Source: a virus. Taken from it: a DNA stretch of 64,000 nt. The first letter of the stretch is position 1. Each line of letters begins with the position of its first letter. The translations under genes were made by a program, and so were the position numbers. Location: positions 1-64,000 of the IMG/VR virus record IMGVR_UViG_3300021185_003145. One strand, written 5' to 3'. The notes beneath the pieces were generated by a model. It was not told the DNA's origin, did not search any database, and saw only the letters and a program-made list of their open reading frames with translations. This document shows, in pieces, positions 1 through 9,490 of this stretch.

Positions 1-373
1 CGTCAGTGTAGTGGTCAAGAATAGCGTCGTCATAATAACCTTTTTCAATATTTGTTTTAACTGTTTGCAGTAGAGGCCAAGGAACAAAACTATCGTATAC
101 GTTCTTACGTAGGTGATAGTTAATTAAACGTCCTGCTACCCATTGATAATTAGGATTTTCTTCGCTAATTAAATCAGCGGCACTTTTAATAAGTGTTTCT
201 TGTATTTCAGTAGAAGTAATACCGTTGTAAAATTGTAAATGACTTTTAATCTCAACTTCACTTGCACTGACACCTGTAATGCCTTCACAGGCATAAAATA
301 CAACTTTGTGCATTTTTTCAATGTCTAATGGTTCGTCTGTATTATTACGTTTCTTTACTTGAATATCACTCAT
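1..373 (-). CDS. nrdA: Ribonucleotide reductase class Ia alpha subunit, 5' part (runs off window)
   Basis: Manual translation from ATG 373: MSDIQVKKRNNTDEPLDIEKMHKVVFYACEGITGVSASEVEIKSHLQFYNGITSTEIQETLIKSAADLISEENPNYQWVAGRL, a typical NrdA ATP-cone N-terminus. Confidence 0.93.
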   Translation of the reverse strand, partial: MSDIQVKKRNNTDEPLDIEKMHKVVFYACEGITGVSASEVEIKSHLQFYNGITSTEIQETLIKSAADLISEENPNYQWVAGRLINYHLRKNVYDSFVPWPLLQTVKTNIEKGYYDDAILDHYTD

Positions 374-391
374 TAATCGATAGTCCTATTG

Positions 392-832
392 TTATAGATA
401 GTTTACTGCGTTTAGATCGTTTGCATCAAAAGTACGATACTGATCTGTGTTATTGATCGACGTTGTATTTACGACATCTTGGTAGTGAATATTAAGAGCA
501 TATTTCTCACATACTACTACAGCCACGTCGTAACCCGACTTACTGTTATATATTACTACACTTAGGTCCCGTTTGTCAAATCTTTCTGTTAAAAAAAGTG
601 TATAAAACATACCTAAAGCTCTTGCCGCTTCGCAGTACATGTTATCCACTAGTAGTGTCCATGGATCTGGCCAGTTTTCACAACTGTCAATATCCAAATA
701 ATGATTTACCAACGGAGCCATTTTCCATAAATCCGTTGTTTTTTGAAGCATATCCATCCTATCAAGATGCTGAATGCTTTTCCTGAATTTACGCCATTCA
801 GATATACGATCCTCAGGCCTTAAATCAAACAT
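392..832 (-). CDS. Hypothetical phage protein
   Basis: 146-aa ORF, co-directional and tightly packed. Confidence 0.7.
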   Translation of the reverse strand: MFDLRPEDRISEWRKFRKSIQHLDRMDMLQKTTDLWKMAPLVNHYLDIDSCENWPDPWTLLVDNMYCEAARALGMFYTLFLTERFDKRDLSVVIYNSKSGYDVAVVVCEKYALNIHYQDVVNTTSINNTDQYRTFDANDLNAVNYL

Positions 833-852
833 AGTAGCCTTTTAGTTTACTT

Positions 853-2427
853 TTATTTTAATGTCTCGATACGATAATGTAACGTTGGTGCAGTACCTGT
901 ACTTGTTGAAGTATACTGTATAGTACCTGTTGTTCCATCAATAGTGAATCCAACTCCAACATCAGCATTTTCAACTCTTTCTTCATCTAAACTGTAACCA
1001 CCAGTATTATTACCAGTTACTGTTAATGAACCTGTTGCACTTGCTACTCCACGGTTAATAGTAAAGTATATTCTACTGTTACTAAGAACTGCTTGATCAA
1101 AGTCGATAGTTGTATTAGTTGGCGTAGAAGTATTATCTGCTAGTGCTTCTTGTACACCTGGTTGTTGAAAGTGTGTTCCGTAAACAATATGTTCACCTGA
1201 AACTAACCCATATACTCTTTTGTTGTTTGTTTCAATTCTGGCGTGTGATGCTGCATCAGTGTCATTACGCTCAAAACTGTCACCAATACTGTAATTGTTA
1301 TCACTACTAATATCGATGACTGGTGCTATTGGTCCACCTGCTCCAGTTGTTCCACTTGCAGTCATTACTTTAAATGTATTAAAACTACTTACAAAGTCAC
1401 TAACTGCAACTACTTTAATTGCTGAATGATGAATATCATTAAACAAGGAATTATTAATTTTTACGCCTGCAGGTCCATTGGCTACAACATTTTCTCCAAC
1501 TAGTATACCTTGGTAGAGTAAATGAAAATTACATTTATCTAATACTACGTTGTTTACTTCTGTATCAATAACAAATGCTGTATTTGCTCTTCTATAGTTA
1601 CAACGATTAAATGTTATGTGAGCACTATCATCACCTATTTCTTTTGAAACTTTTACAGCTATACTATTACCAGTTGTACTAGGATAAGTATCATTATTTG
1701 CATGATTACCTGTAAATGTAACATCTTCAAAATGTACATAACTTGCACGTTCAACTAGTACTGATGTGTATGCAGTTGTGTTTTCAAAACTACAATGTGA
1801 AATGGAAATATTTTGTGGAAATGTTGCACCACTTAATCCAATGTTTGTGCCTGTTTGTTGGGCACTATCAGTTGTTCTTGCAACATAGTCTGCTGATGAA
1901 CCTGCATACTTAAATATTGTATGTTCAGATCCTTCACCAATAATAACACAGTTACTTGGAATCTTAATTGCACTTTTTACAACATATGTTCCTGCTGGAA
2001 ATAAAATTCTTTTTAAACTTTTGCTATTTGTACTTTCACGGCAATAAACTTGAAATAACATCCAGTTAATTTTTGCGGCTACATCTGTTGTACCGTCACC
2101 AATAATATCAAAATCTTTTGCACTTACAATATCATCTAGTTTGCTTTGTAATGTTCTTTGTACATTACCACTTCCGCTCTGTGTCTGTGCAGTGTATCCT
2201 ACTTCAGTTCCTTTGTATGTATAAGAACTAATTCCACCTAGTATATCACTATACTGTGTTAGAATCTCTGTATTGCCAACTACAGGCGCACCTTCTTCAA
2301 CTGGTCCATTACCAATATAAAGTTTACGATTATCAATTACCCAACCTAGTTCGGCTGCTGATAATTGAGGAAGATCTTGCAACAGACCACGTCTGTGTTG
2401 CACTCTTGAAATTTGAATTACTGCCAT
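853..2427 (-). CDS. Virion protein with right-handed beta-helix (pectate-lyase-like) domain, possible depolymerase
   Basis: Fibre-type N-terminus (QHRRG...ELGWVIDNRKLYIGNG), GDGTTD..FPAGTY beta-helix entry motif, late TAAATA upstream. Confidence 0.7.
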   Translation of the reverse strand: MAVIQISRVQHRRGLLQDLPQLSAAELGWVIDNRKLYIGNGPVEEGAPVVGNTEILTQYSDILGGISSYTYKGTEVGYTAQTQSGSGNVQRTLQSKLDDIVSAKDFDIIGDGTTDVAAKINWMLFQVYCRESTNSKSLKRILFPAGTYVVKSAIKIPSNCVIIGEGSEHTIFKYAGSSADYVARTTDSAQQTGTNIGLSGATFPQNISISHCSFENTTAYTSVLVERASYVHFEDVTFTGNHANNDTYPSTTGNSIAVKVSKEIGDDSAHITFNRCNYRRANTAFVIDTEVNNVVLDKCNFHLLYQGILVGENVVANGPAGVKINNSLFNDIHHSAIKVVAVSDFVSSFNTFKVMTASGTTGAGGPIAPVIDISSDNNYSIGDSFERNDTDAASHARIETNNKRVYGLVSGEHIVYGTHFQQPGVQEALADNTSTPTNTTIDFDQAVLSNSRIYFTINRGVASATGSLTVTGNNTGGYSLDEERVENADVGVGFTIDGTTGTIQYTSTSTGTAPTLHYRIETLK

Positions 2428-2461
2428 GTTTCCACCTTCGTCTATGTAATGTATTTATACA

Positions 2462-3178
2462 TTAAGAAGTCTTTATATAGTACTGCTCGACACGTTTCCA
2501 CCATTGTTGACGCCAATGTTCAAATAATTCTCCTTCAACAATAAACTCTTGATACTGTGGATCTGTTTGTAACTTACCTTGATCATCCATCTCAGGCTTA
2601 ACACACATTAACACTACACCTTTAGAAATGTTTGTGCCATAGACTTCGTTATGTGCTTCTGCATATGCACACAGTTGTAAGTAATAATCTTCTACCCATT
2701 CTGCTTTCTTAGGCTTATTAGTTTGCTTAAAGTCCATAATAGCATGTTCGCCTTTGTGTACTCCTACTAAGTCAGTTGTACCTGCGTATATGCCAGGAAA
2801 GAACATAGATACTTCTACGCCCCATACTTGATCAACATTACACATTCCTTCACGTATAATAGTTTCAGCCATTGCATGAGATTGATGACTGAATGGATTT
2901 GTGCCACGTTCTTTAATAAAACCGTCAATGCAATAATTTTCAAGGTAGGTATGCATACGAGTACCACGATTGGCTGCCTCAGTCACAACTTCCTGTGCTT
3001 TAACCTCACCAACACGTTTTCGCCAACGTCTTAGACCTTCTTGTTTTTCTTGTGATTGAGTTACACTGAGGATTGTAGTTACACTAGGAACCGCTAATCC
3101 GTCAGGAGTACTGTATAGCCTTTTTCCGTCTACACTCTTTCGAGTCAAGGCTTTGTAGTCAAATTTATCAGTTATCAT
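2462..3178 (-). CDS. PD-(D/E)XK exonuclease
   Basis: PSVTTIL, RGTRMH, E..YAGTTDL..IMDFKQT, YYLQLCAY motifs. Confidence 0.85.
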   Translation of the reverse strand: MITDKFDYKALTRKSVDGKRLYSTPDGLAVPSVTTILSVTQSQEKQEGLRRWRKRVGEVKAQEVVTEAANRGTRMHTYLENYCIDGFIKERGTNPFSHQSHAMAETIIREGMCNVDQVWGVEVSMFFPGIYAGTTDLVGVHKGEHAIMDFKQTNKPKKAEWVEDYYLQLCAYAEAHNEVYGTNISKGVVLMCVKPEMDDQGKLQTDPQYQEFIVEGELFEHWRQQWWKRVEQYYIKTS

Positions 3179-3209
3179 AATATTATTATAACAGAGATTT
3201 TGTTAGAGA

Positions 3210-3560
3210 TCAAGTTCTTTTTTTCAAAGCTCTTTTAGCCATTGAATCAACTTTATCAACAGGTTCTATATCTAAGTCTGCCTTAGTTGCAATAGTTCGT
3301 TCATCACCTGCTAAATTTAGTACTACAGTATCCTGATTATAATCAGAAACAAGAGCTTTAAAGTTTGGGTTGCCTTGTACTAAAGTACTAAAATTATCAT
3401 ATGTTAATGCTACACCTACTGATTGTGCTAACTGCACTAAAGCGGCCATACTAACTTCAGGATTTCCACCTGTTTGCTCAGCACGGTTTTTTAGAAACAC
3501 TAACAAGCTCATAACCTTGTTAGATGAATCTGTTTCTATTACAAATTCATCAAATCTCAT
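3210..3560 (-). CDS. Hypothetical protein, putative head-associated
   Basis: N-terminus MRFDEFVIE; coupled to upstream gene. Confidence 0.65.
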   Translation of the reverse strand: MRFDEFVIETDSSNKVMSLLVFLKNRAEQTGGNPEVSMAALVQLAQSVGVALTYDNFSTLVQGNPNFKALVSDYNQDTVVLNLAGDERTIATKADLDIEPVDKVDSMAKRALKKRT

Positions 3561-4552
3561 TAGATACGTTCTTCTCTGTCTAGTTCTGCGTCGCCTTCTT
3601 GTCCGGCTGGATCTGCATCTAAGTCTAAGTCAGCATCTGTATCGCCACTTATATCTAAGTCTAGTTCTGAATCATCAGCACCTAAATCAACTGCTGGCTC
3701 ATCACTAACTGCAGGCTGTTCGCCAATTAAAATACGACTTGCATTATCCATATCTCCACGAGCAGTTGTAACTGCATCCATGAATGCTTCTAAGGCACCT
3801 TTTGCGGCATTGTTAAATGCTTCTGCTTTTTCATTGCCCATTTCATCACGAATTGAATCTGTTAATGGAAGTAGTTCTTCATTCATCATTTCACCAACAT
3901 CTTCTAACATGCTTTGAATTCTATCAACCATGTCTTTTGATGCTAATACTAATTCAGCACTTTCCATTTCGCCTTCATTAATTTGTGTTGACTCATTAAT
4001 ACCTAATGCTTTTTTAGAACGTCTTTGTACCATTTGTAACATGCGAACATTTGCTATTCCACTTGACATAATTTCATCCATCATATCAATAACTGGCATA
4101 AGTCCAATCATTAGTGTTGGCGGTACAGTTTTACCTTGCTTGTATAATTCCATTGCACGTCTGGCTTTAGCAAAGTTTTGTGTTCCTACTAGCATACGAA
4201 GTGCTTGGTTTCTCTTTGCATCTGCTCCTGGAAGTTCCTGTTGTGGCTCAATAGCACCATCACCTGGCTCTTCGTTAGACTGCTCATCTTTTTCATTAAT
4301 TCCTAAGTCATTTTCAACTAACCATGCTTCAACAGTTTCTTTAGCAAGTTTAGACGCCATATACTTCTTATCTGTTTGATAAGGCCCTGTGCCTTTTTGC
4401 GATTCTGTTAAAGTTTTTTCAATAGCAGATAGTAACTTTGTTGCACGTTTTTCAGTTAACTTTTCTAAGTCAAGAGTCATATTAAAACGTGTTGCTAATA
4501 GTTTATTTAAACTATCACTGTGTTTAACTCTGTTTAAATCATTTAATTCCAT
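3560..4552 (-). CDS. Acidic helical protein, putative prohead core/internal protein
   Basis: 330 aa, acidic tail, several I-N-E/L-V-E sites, late promoter at ~4582. Confidence 0.6.
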   Translation of the reverse strand: MELNDLNRVKHSDSLNKLLATRFNMTLDLEKLTEKRATKLLSAIEKTLTESQKGTGPYQTDKKYMASKLAKETVEAWLVENDLGINEKDEQSNEEPGDGAIEPQQELPGADAKRNQALRMLVGTQNFAKARRAMELYKQGKTVPPTLMIGLMPVIDMMDEIMSSGIANVRMLQMVQRRSKKALGINESTQINEGEMESAELVLASKDMVDRIQSMLEDVGEMMNEELLPLTDSIRDEMGNEKAEAFNNAAKGALEAFMDAVTTARGDMDNASRILIGEQPAVSDEPAVDLGADDSELDLDISGDTDADLDLDADPAGQEGDAELDREERI

Positions 4553-4584
4553 GTGTTTATCCCAAACCTGTTTTGTAAGTGTAT

Positions 4585-5052
4585 TTAGCCTACTTTTAAT
4601 TTTTTAAGAAAATTTGTGAGACGTTCTCTTTTGTTTTTTAACTGACACATACTGTCATCATAACGTATCCACATAAGTTCTTTTTTAAATGGATCAGTTG
4701 TCGTTTTAAATCTTGTTAGAAATACATAAGCGTTTTCAACAAGACGCCCGTAATTAGTATCTTCGTGTAATATTGTTCTAGCATCTATATTATTGTTGCC
4801 AATAGTTGCAATACACCATGCTACTGCACTAGATCGAAGTGTAAACTTTTTTTCTTCACGTTTTTTATAGTACACTACCCAGAAACCATCGTCTTGTTTG
4901 CAAACATAGTTTCCTACTCTTACATTGTCTTGGTTATTAACAATAACTGGAGTTTGATCAAGTCTAGATTTTACAAAGTCTGAAAATTGTTTAAGTTCTG
5001 GTTTCTTTGTAATAGTAGAGGTCACCATTGCGTTTTTTCCTATATAATACAC
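4585..5052 (-). CDS. Hypothetical protein (true start probably ~5028)
   Basis: ORF track; overlaps upstream gene. Confidence 0.6.
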   Translation of the reverse strand: MYYIGKNAMVTSTITKKPELKQFSDFVKSRLDQTPVIVNNQDNVRVGNYVCKQDDGFWVVYYKKREEKKFTLRSSAVAWCIATIGNNNIDARTILHEDTNYGRLVENAYVFLTRFKTTTDPFKKELMWIRYDDSMCQLKNKRERLTNFLKKLKVG

Positions 5053-5197
5053 TCTTATTTACTAACATTAAACATACTTTTATATGCTTTTGTTCAACAT
5101 CAGTTAGTTTTACTGATGTCTTAAAACTATCTAAAAATTCTTCTTCTTCCTTTGATAATGCTACTCTTACACCATCAGAAAATTCAAAATAACTCAT
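4991..5197 (-). CDS. Small hypothetical protein
   Basis: 68 aa, ATGA overlap with upstream gene. Confidence 0.6.
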   Translation of the reverse strand: MSYFEFSDGVRVALSKEEEEFLDSFKTSVKLTDVEQKHIKVCLMLVNKSVLYRKKRNGDLYYYKETRT

Positions 5198-6099
5198 CGA
5201 GTTTTAGTTTTTTCTTTTGCTTTATCAATCCACTGTTGTGCTTTACTGCTAACCGGTGCATTTAAAAATTTCTGTGTGTTATTATATACTTTGTCGAAGT
5301 TCTTTGAGCGAGTTGGGTCTTCAAGACCTCCGCTATTATCGACAATAAAAAATTTGTTGGCTCCAAATATCTGCTGATATTTACCTACGTTTTGTTGCGT
5401 GTCGTCCCATATTTGCTTAACCATTTTAGGAGGTAGTATGCGATCACGTTCTTTGTTTCTTTGTTGTGCAACATCAAGACTAGTGTTGACAAATATCATT
5501 GCACAATCATAGCCTAGTTGCTTAAAAAATTTTACTTGATTTTTATATACGTCTACTTCTTTACCAGTACCATCTACAAGTAAACCAAGTCTACCTGATA
5601 TGTACTGTATACTGCGTTTCTTTGTTAAGTTCTTTGCTTGACCACGGATTTCTTGTCCTTGTGGAGATGCAATAGAGTCTGGATCTAAATCAAGATCTTG
5701 CTTTTTCATTAGCAATTCATATACTTCGTCACTGTTTAGTGGACGTAATCCTGTGCCACCAAGAATGTTCTTAGCAACAAAACTTTTACCACTACCCGGT
5801 CCACCTGCCATAAAAAGTGCTTTAAATATATGCGGGTCGTTAACACCTTCTTCAATAGTGCCTTCTCCAAAACTAACAGTTTGTCCCGGACGAAGTCCAC
5901 CTGCTATCTTTTTCTGACCTGGCTTTTTGGCTTTTATAACTGGATTATTTGGATCTTTATTATCAATATCTACTTGATCTGTATCGATAGTTGTCTCAAT
6001 ACCAGGTTTCTTTGGGTCTGTAAGTGTAACCTTATTACCTGCAACCTTGCTTACTTTTTGCGGTTCTCCACCAAATTCAAATAGATCATTTAAACGCAT
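5194..6099 (-). CDS. Zeta-toxin/polynucleotide-kinase-like P-loop protein with N-terminal extension
   Basis: Walker A GGPGSGKS, NSD, LLVDGTG, lid motif AQQRNKERDR. Confidence 0.8.
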   Translation of the reverse strand: MRLNDLFEFGGEPQKVSKVAGNKVTLTDPKKPGIETTIDTDQVDIDNKDPNNPVIKAKKPGQKKIAGGLRPGQTVSFGEGTIEEGVNDPHIFKALFMAGGPGSGKSFVAKNILGGTGLRPLNSDEVYELLMKKQDLDLDPDSIASPQGQEIRGQAKNLTKKRSIQYISGRLGLLVDGTGKEVDVYKNQVKFFKQLGYDCAMIFVNTSLDVAQQRNKERDRILPPKMVKQIWDDTQQNVGKYQQIFGANKFFIVDNSGGLEDPTRSKNFDKVYNNTQKFLNAPVSSKAQQWIDKAKEKTKTR

Positions 6100-6396
6100 T
6101 TATCTGCTTGCCTTGTTCAGTGCCTGTATTCTTTTGCTTACTGGATTTACTCGTTTTGTTCTTTTTGACTTACGAGCCATTTTAGTACCAAGTCTTGCTT
6201 TAGTCATCTTCAACTTCATACGTTTTTTGATATCAGGTGCGGCAAAACATGCTCCAGGAGTACTAACTGTTTTTCCCTTTAAACGTCCAATAGTACATCT
6301 ATACTTCCGTACTACTTGGTTACCACGACGGCCCCAAGCCATTTTGGTTTCATTTATATCTGTTTTTTCGTCACTGAATAGTTCTAATATAAGCAT
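6100..6396 (-). CDS. Small basic protein with acidic propeptide-like N-terminus
   Basis: MLILELF...INE followed by a K/R-rich region; TAAATA 5 nt upstream of ATG. Confidence 0.7.
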   Translation of the reverse strand: MLILELFSDEKTDINETKMAWGRRGNQVVRKYRCTIGRLKGKTVSTPGACFAAPDIKKRMKLKMTKARLGTKMARKSKRTKRVNPVSKRIQALNKASR

Positions 6397-6420
6397 ATTA
6401 GTATTTAGTCCTATTGGATC

Positions 6421-6684
6421 TTATTTAAGAAATAGTTGGTATGCTAAAAAGCCGCAGGTTGTACATAAAGTTGTAATAATACCTACACCCCAGTTAATCA
6501 TTTGTCTGTTACGAACGTCACGGTCACGCACTACACTGTCTCTGATTTCTCCGAGAACAGATTCAATACCTATGACACGCCCTTCCAGGTTGTCTAATTT
6601 TTCTTCCAAACGTGAGTACCTCGCTGCACATAATTCAACGTGAGCTTCTAGGCTTGTTTTTTCAATGTCTCGACTTAAACTCAT
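6421..6684 (-). CDS. Coiled-coil plus C-terminal transmembrane protein (XhlA/holin-like)
   Basis: Heptad LEEKLDNLEGRVIGIE; hydrophobic tail WGVGIITTLCTTCGFLAYQLF; GAGG RBS. Confidence 0.55.
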   Translation of the reverse strand: MSLSRDIEKTSLEAHVELCAARYSRLEEKLDNLEGRVIGIESVLGEIRDSVVRDRDVRNRQMINWGVGIITTLCTTCGFLAYQLFLK

Positions 6685-6825
6685 TGCTTCCTCAGGGTTG
6701 CTTTAACCGATTGATAATATTGGAGCCTTATAGACTTGTGCCTGTGTTTTGTTGCCTGTGTTATGCCTATCGCTTTTACGCTTCAGTTATATTTATGAAC
6801 CAAAGTTAAAAGAATATGTGAATGT

Positions 6826-7518
6826 TTATCTTTGAAACTTTCTTACTGCTACGTTACTTGCCTTTGCTATAGCATCTTTTTTTCGTATTGCTTTGTATCC
6901 TGCAACTGCACCAGCAACTGCACCTACTGCCGCCCATCCTAACTTACTGTTGTACGGACTCTTTGCATTTGGGTTAGCAATACCATTAATACTTTTTATA
7001 TAAGGAGTATGTAAATCACTGCCTCTTGCATAATGATTCATCATAAATCCTAATCGTGTTGCTCCTGCTTTTTGTTCACTTGGTAAAGCACGTGGCCAAT
7101 CTGCAATAATTCTACGCATTGCTTTAAGATTAGGATCTTTAATTCGTAAAGACTTTTCAAGTTGCATTATAGTACGTCTATCTCTGTCAGTAACTTTTAT
7201 ACCATTTTGTATATCTCTAAGCATACGTTTAACTTGTGCATTAGGTACACTAAGAATTCCTTTGTCTTCAATAGTATCAAGGTGTGCCATTAAGTTATGT
7301 AAATCACTAGCACCAGCTCTAACACCATCAAATCCACCAAAACGCATTGTATTTTTTGCATACTTTCCTGCTATGCCTGGATCAGTGTAACGCATAGCCT
7401 GTAAAGAAAGGATGTGTGCGTAAATATTATGTGCTACATCTTCAGCACTCTTAGTTTTAAAAGACGCAGGACTTCTAAATAATTTTGCTTCGACTAATTC
7501 ATCTTTTATAAAATTCAT
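6826..7518 (-). CDS. Hypothetical protein, putative virion-internal, with glycine-rich hydrophobic C-terminal helix
   Basis: N-terminus ..ELVE-A; GWAAVGAVAGAVAGY. Confidence 0.65.
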   Translation of the reverse strand: MNFIKDELVEAKLFRSPASFKTKSAEDVAHNIYAHILSLQAMRYTDPGIAGKYAKNTMRFGGFDGVRAGASDLHNLMAHLDTIEDKGILSVPNAQVKRMLRDIQNGIKVTDRDRRTIMQLEKSLRIKDPNLKAMRRIIADWPRALPSEQKAGATRLGFMMNHYARGSDLHTPYIKSINGIANPNAKSPYNSKLGWAAVGAVAGAVAGYKAIRKKDAIAKASNVAVRKFQR

Positions 7519-8651
7519 TATCTCTGTACCGCTCTGTTTGCTTTTGTAAAGTATTCTCTACCAACTAGTTTTACGTCACCTTTTGGATCTGAAAGAACGT
7601 AACCTTCGCCGCCTTCTCCACTACCAATAGTTGCTTTAACATCTGCATCTTGTTTTTCAAACTGGTCAATAATATCATCTTTAACAATTTGTATACCTCG
7701 TACAATACGCCACATACTTTTAAAACCGTTAATATTTTCATTAATATGTTGCATTATACGAGCTTGTTTAACACCACTAACTTTACTTGTTGACATCCAC
7801 TTTTCAAAATCATCACCTAAGCCGTCCATAGTTGTATCAACTTTACTGTTTATGTAAGCATAGAATATTTTGCTTAAATCTTTCATCTTAAGTTGTTCTA
7901 GTACTGCCTTGTCTAATAACTTGTCAATTTCAGTTGCACTACTATTTACTACTGATTCGAGTTGTTTAATTTTTGAATCATCGATACTTGGTGCTTTTTG
8001 TACTGTTACCGGTGGTATTACTAATACTTCGTTACCTTGCATAGTGTTCATATCTGCTTGTGTTAGTTTACGATCAATACCGTTTTCATCCATGTGTAAG
8101 TGTATAACAATACCGTATGTACTTTGTGCTATTCTTTTACCAATATCACTGTCTGCTTTAACTGTATATGTTACAATATTTGGAGTAAACACAAACGAGT
8201 CTTGTTTTTTAGGAGGCATTGTAAAATATAATAAATCACCTTTGTAGTACCCACGAAAGTCTTCAGGCATTGCTTTTTCAAAAGCCATAAAAGCATTTTT
8301 CATTGCACCTGCTAATTGTTTAAAGCCGTCTGCTTTTTCAGGAATTTTTGCACCAGGTCTGTTTAGTATCATTTGTGCTACTGCATCACCACTTTTTGCT
8401 TTGCCATCATAACCTTTTGCTACAAATCCGCCTTTGTCTGTTAGGATAAAATCACCAGACTCATCACGACCGAATATAATAGCAGGGCTTCCATCCCATT
8501 TAATTGTGACATCACTATGCCCTCCTTGTTCGAGTCTTTTTAATGACTCTAAAGTACGTTTAGCACCCTTACTACCTTCCCAAAAGATAATATCTTCTGC
8601 ATGTTGTATACGGGCCTCAACTGCTTCAATTATAAATTCAAGTGCTTTCAT
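7518..8651 (-). CDS. Ligase-like covalent nucleotidyltransferase (DUF6267-like)
   Basis: Motif I-like KWDG, III-like YKGDLLY, IV-like EGYV, V-like VKLV. Confidence 0.7.
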   Translation of the reverse strand: MKALEFIIEAVEARIQHAEDIIFWEGSKGAKRTLESLKRLEQGGHSDVTIKWDGSPAIIFGRDESGDFILTDKGGFVAKGYDGKAKSGDAVAQMILNRPGAKIPEKADGFKQLAGAMKNAFMAFEKAMPEDFRGYYKGDLLYFTMPPKKQDSFVFTPNIVTYTVKADSDIGKRIAQSTYGIVIHLHMDENGIDRKLTQADMNTMQGNEVLVIPPVTVQKAPSIDDSKIKQLESVVNSSATEIDKLLDKAVLEQLKMKDLSKIFYAYINSKVDTTMDGLGDDFEKWMSTSKVSGVKQARIMQHINENINGFKSMWRIVRGIQIVKDDIIDQFEKQDADVKATIGSGEGGEGYVLSDPKGDVKLVGREYFTKANRAVQR

Positions 8652-9490
8652 ACGCCTGCCAATTCTAATGTTCTATTGAACTCTTCGTTAAGTTCTGGAG
8701 GTATTCCAGCATCTTTAATAACACCGTTTTCTTCAAAACCTTTTCTAATTTTTTCTACTACATCTGCTGGATAGTTCTTTTTAACTGCATTCCATAATGT
8801 TTCAAAACTATTTAAATCTTTTGGTCCATCTAATCCTAATGCTTTAGCAATACCTTTAGGATCTTTAATAGGATCTATAATTTTTTCGTTACTGTTTTTC
8901 TTAGTATATCCATCTCCGCTTTTCTTTGGAACCGGTGTTCTTCTGATACGGATTAAGCCATCTGTAGGTGACCACATCCAACGTTCACTTGTAACCGAAC
9001 GCCCGTCATCAATTTTTTCGTCACTATCCTTACGTTGATATACTGCGGCAATTGATGCTATCATAATATTACGATAAACACCTTTGTATTTGGACTCTGT
9101 CTCACTAGGTGAGTGGTAATAAGTCTTTAACCAACCTGGATCTCCAGGCATAAAATCTACTTGTACATAACCTGTACGTGGTCTTCCATCTGACTTAGAT
9201 TTGTCAAAATCTTCTATTTTTATCTTTGTCATTATAACACTAGACTTTGCTAAGTCTAATACTTCTGGCATTGCTTTTAATTTTTCTACAAATGCAGGAA
9301 TGTCGTCAGCAGGTATGTTTAGTGCAACATCAATGTCGCCACTGAATTGTCTTTTACCTACACTGCCAAGTACATTATTTTCTAGGTCAATACCAAGTTT
9401 ACTTTGTAGTAACTTTAATGTTGGTTCAATTTCATCTATATGAATTGCACCTACACCGGGCATTGCACCTCCTTCACTTAGTCTTTTCAT
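8648..9490 (-). CDS. Pol-beta superfamily nucleotidyltransferase
   Basis: LGSVGK...SGDIDV signature plus downstream VQVDFM aspartate. Confidence 0.75.
   Translation of the reverse strand: MKRLSEGGAMPGVGAIHIDEIEPTLKLLQSKLGIDLENNVLGSVGKRQFSGDIDVALNIPADDIPAFVEKLKAMPEVLDLAKSSVIMTKIKIEDFDKSKSDGRPRTGYVQVDFMPGDPGWLKTYYHSPSETESKYKGVYRNIMIASIAAVYQRKDSDEKIDDGRSVTSERWMWSPTDGLIRIRRTPVPKKSGDGYTKKNSNEKIIDPIKDPKGIAKALGLDGPKDLNSFETLWNAVKKNYPADVVEKIRKGFEENGVIKDAGIPPELNEEFNRTLELAGV

Noticed and set aside
2462-3178. Exonuclease as Cas4 of a CRISPR system
   Set aside because: No four-Cys cluster, no cas neighbours, no array
5194-6396. Zeta kinase plus upstream small gene as an epsilon-zeta toxin-antitoxin pair
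   Set aside because: The upstream protein is strongly basic with a propeptide-like leader, unlike epsilon, and the context is a late virion operon
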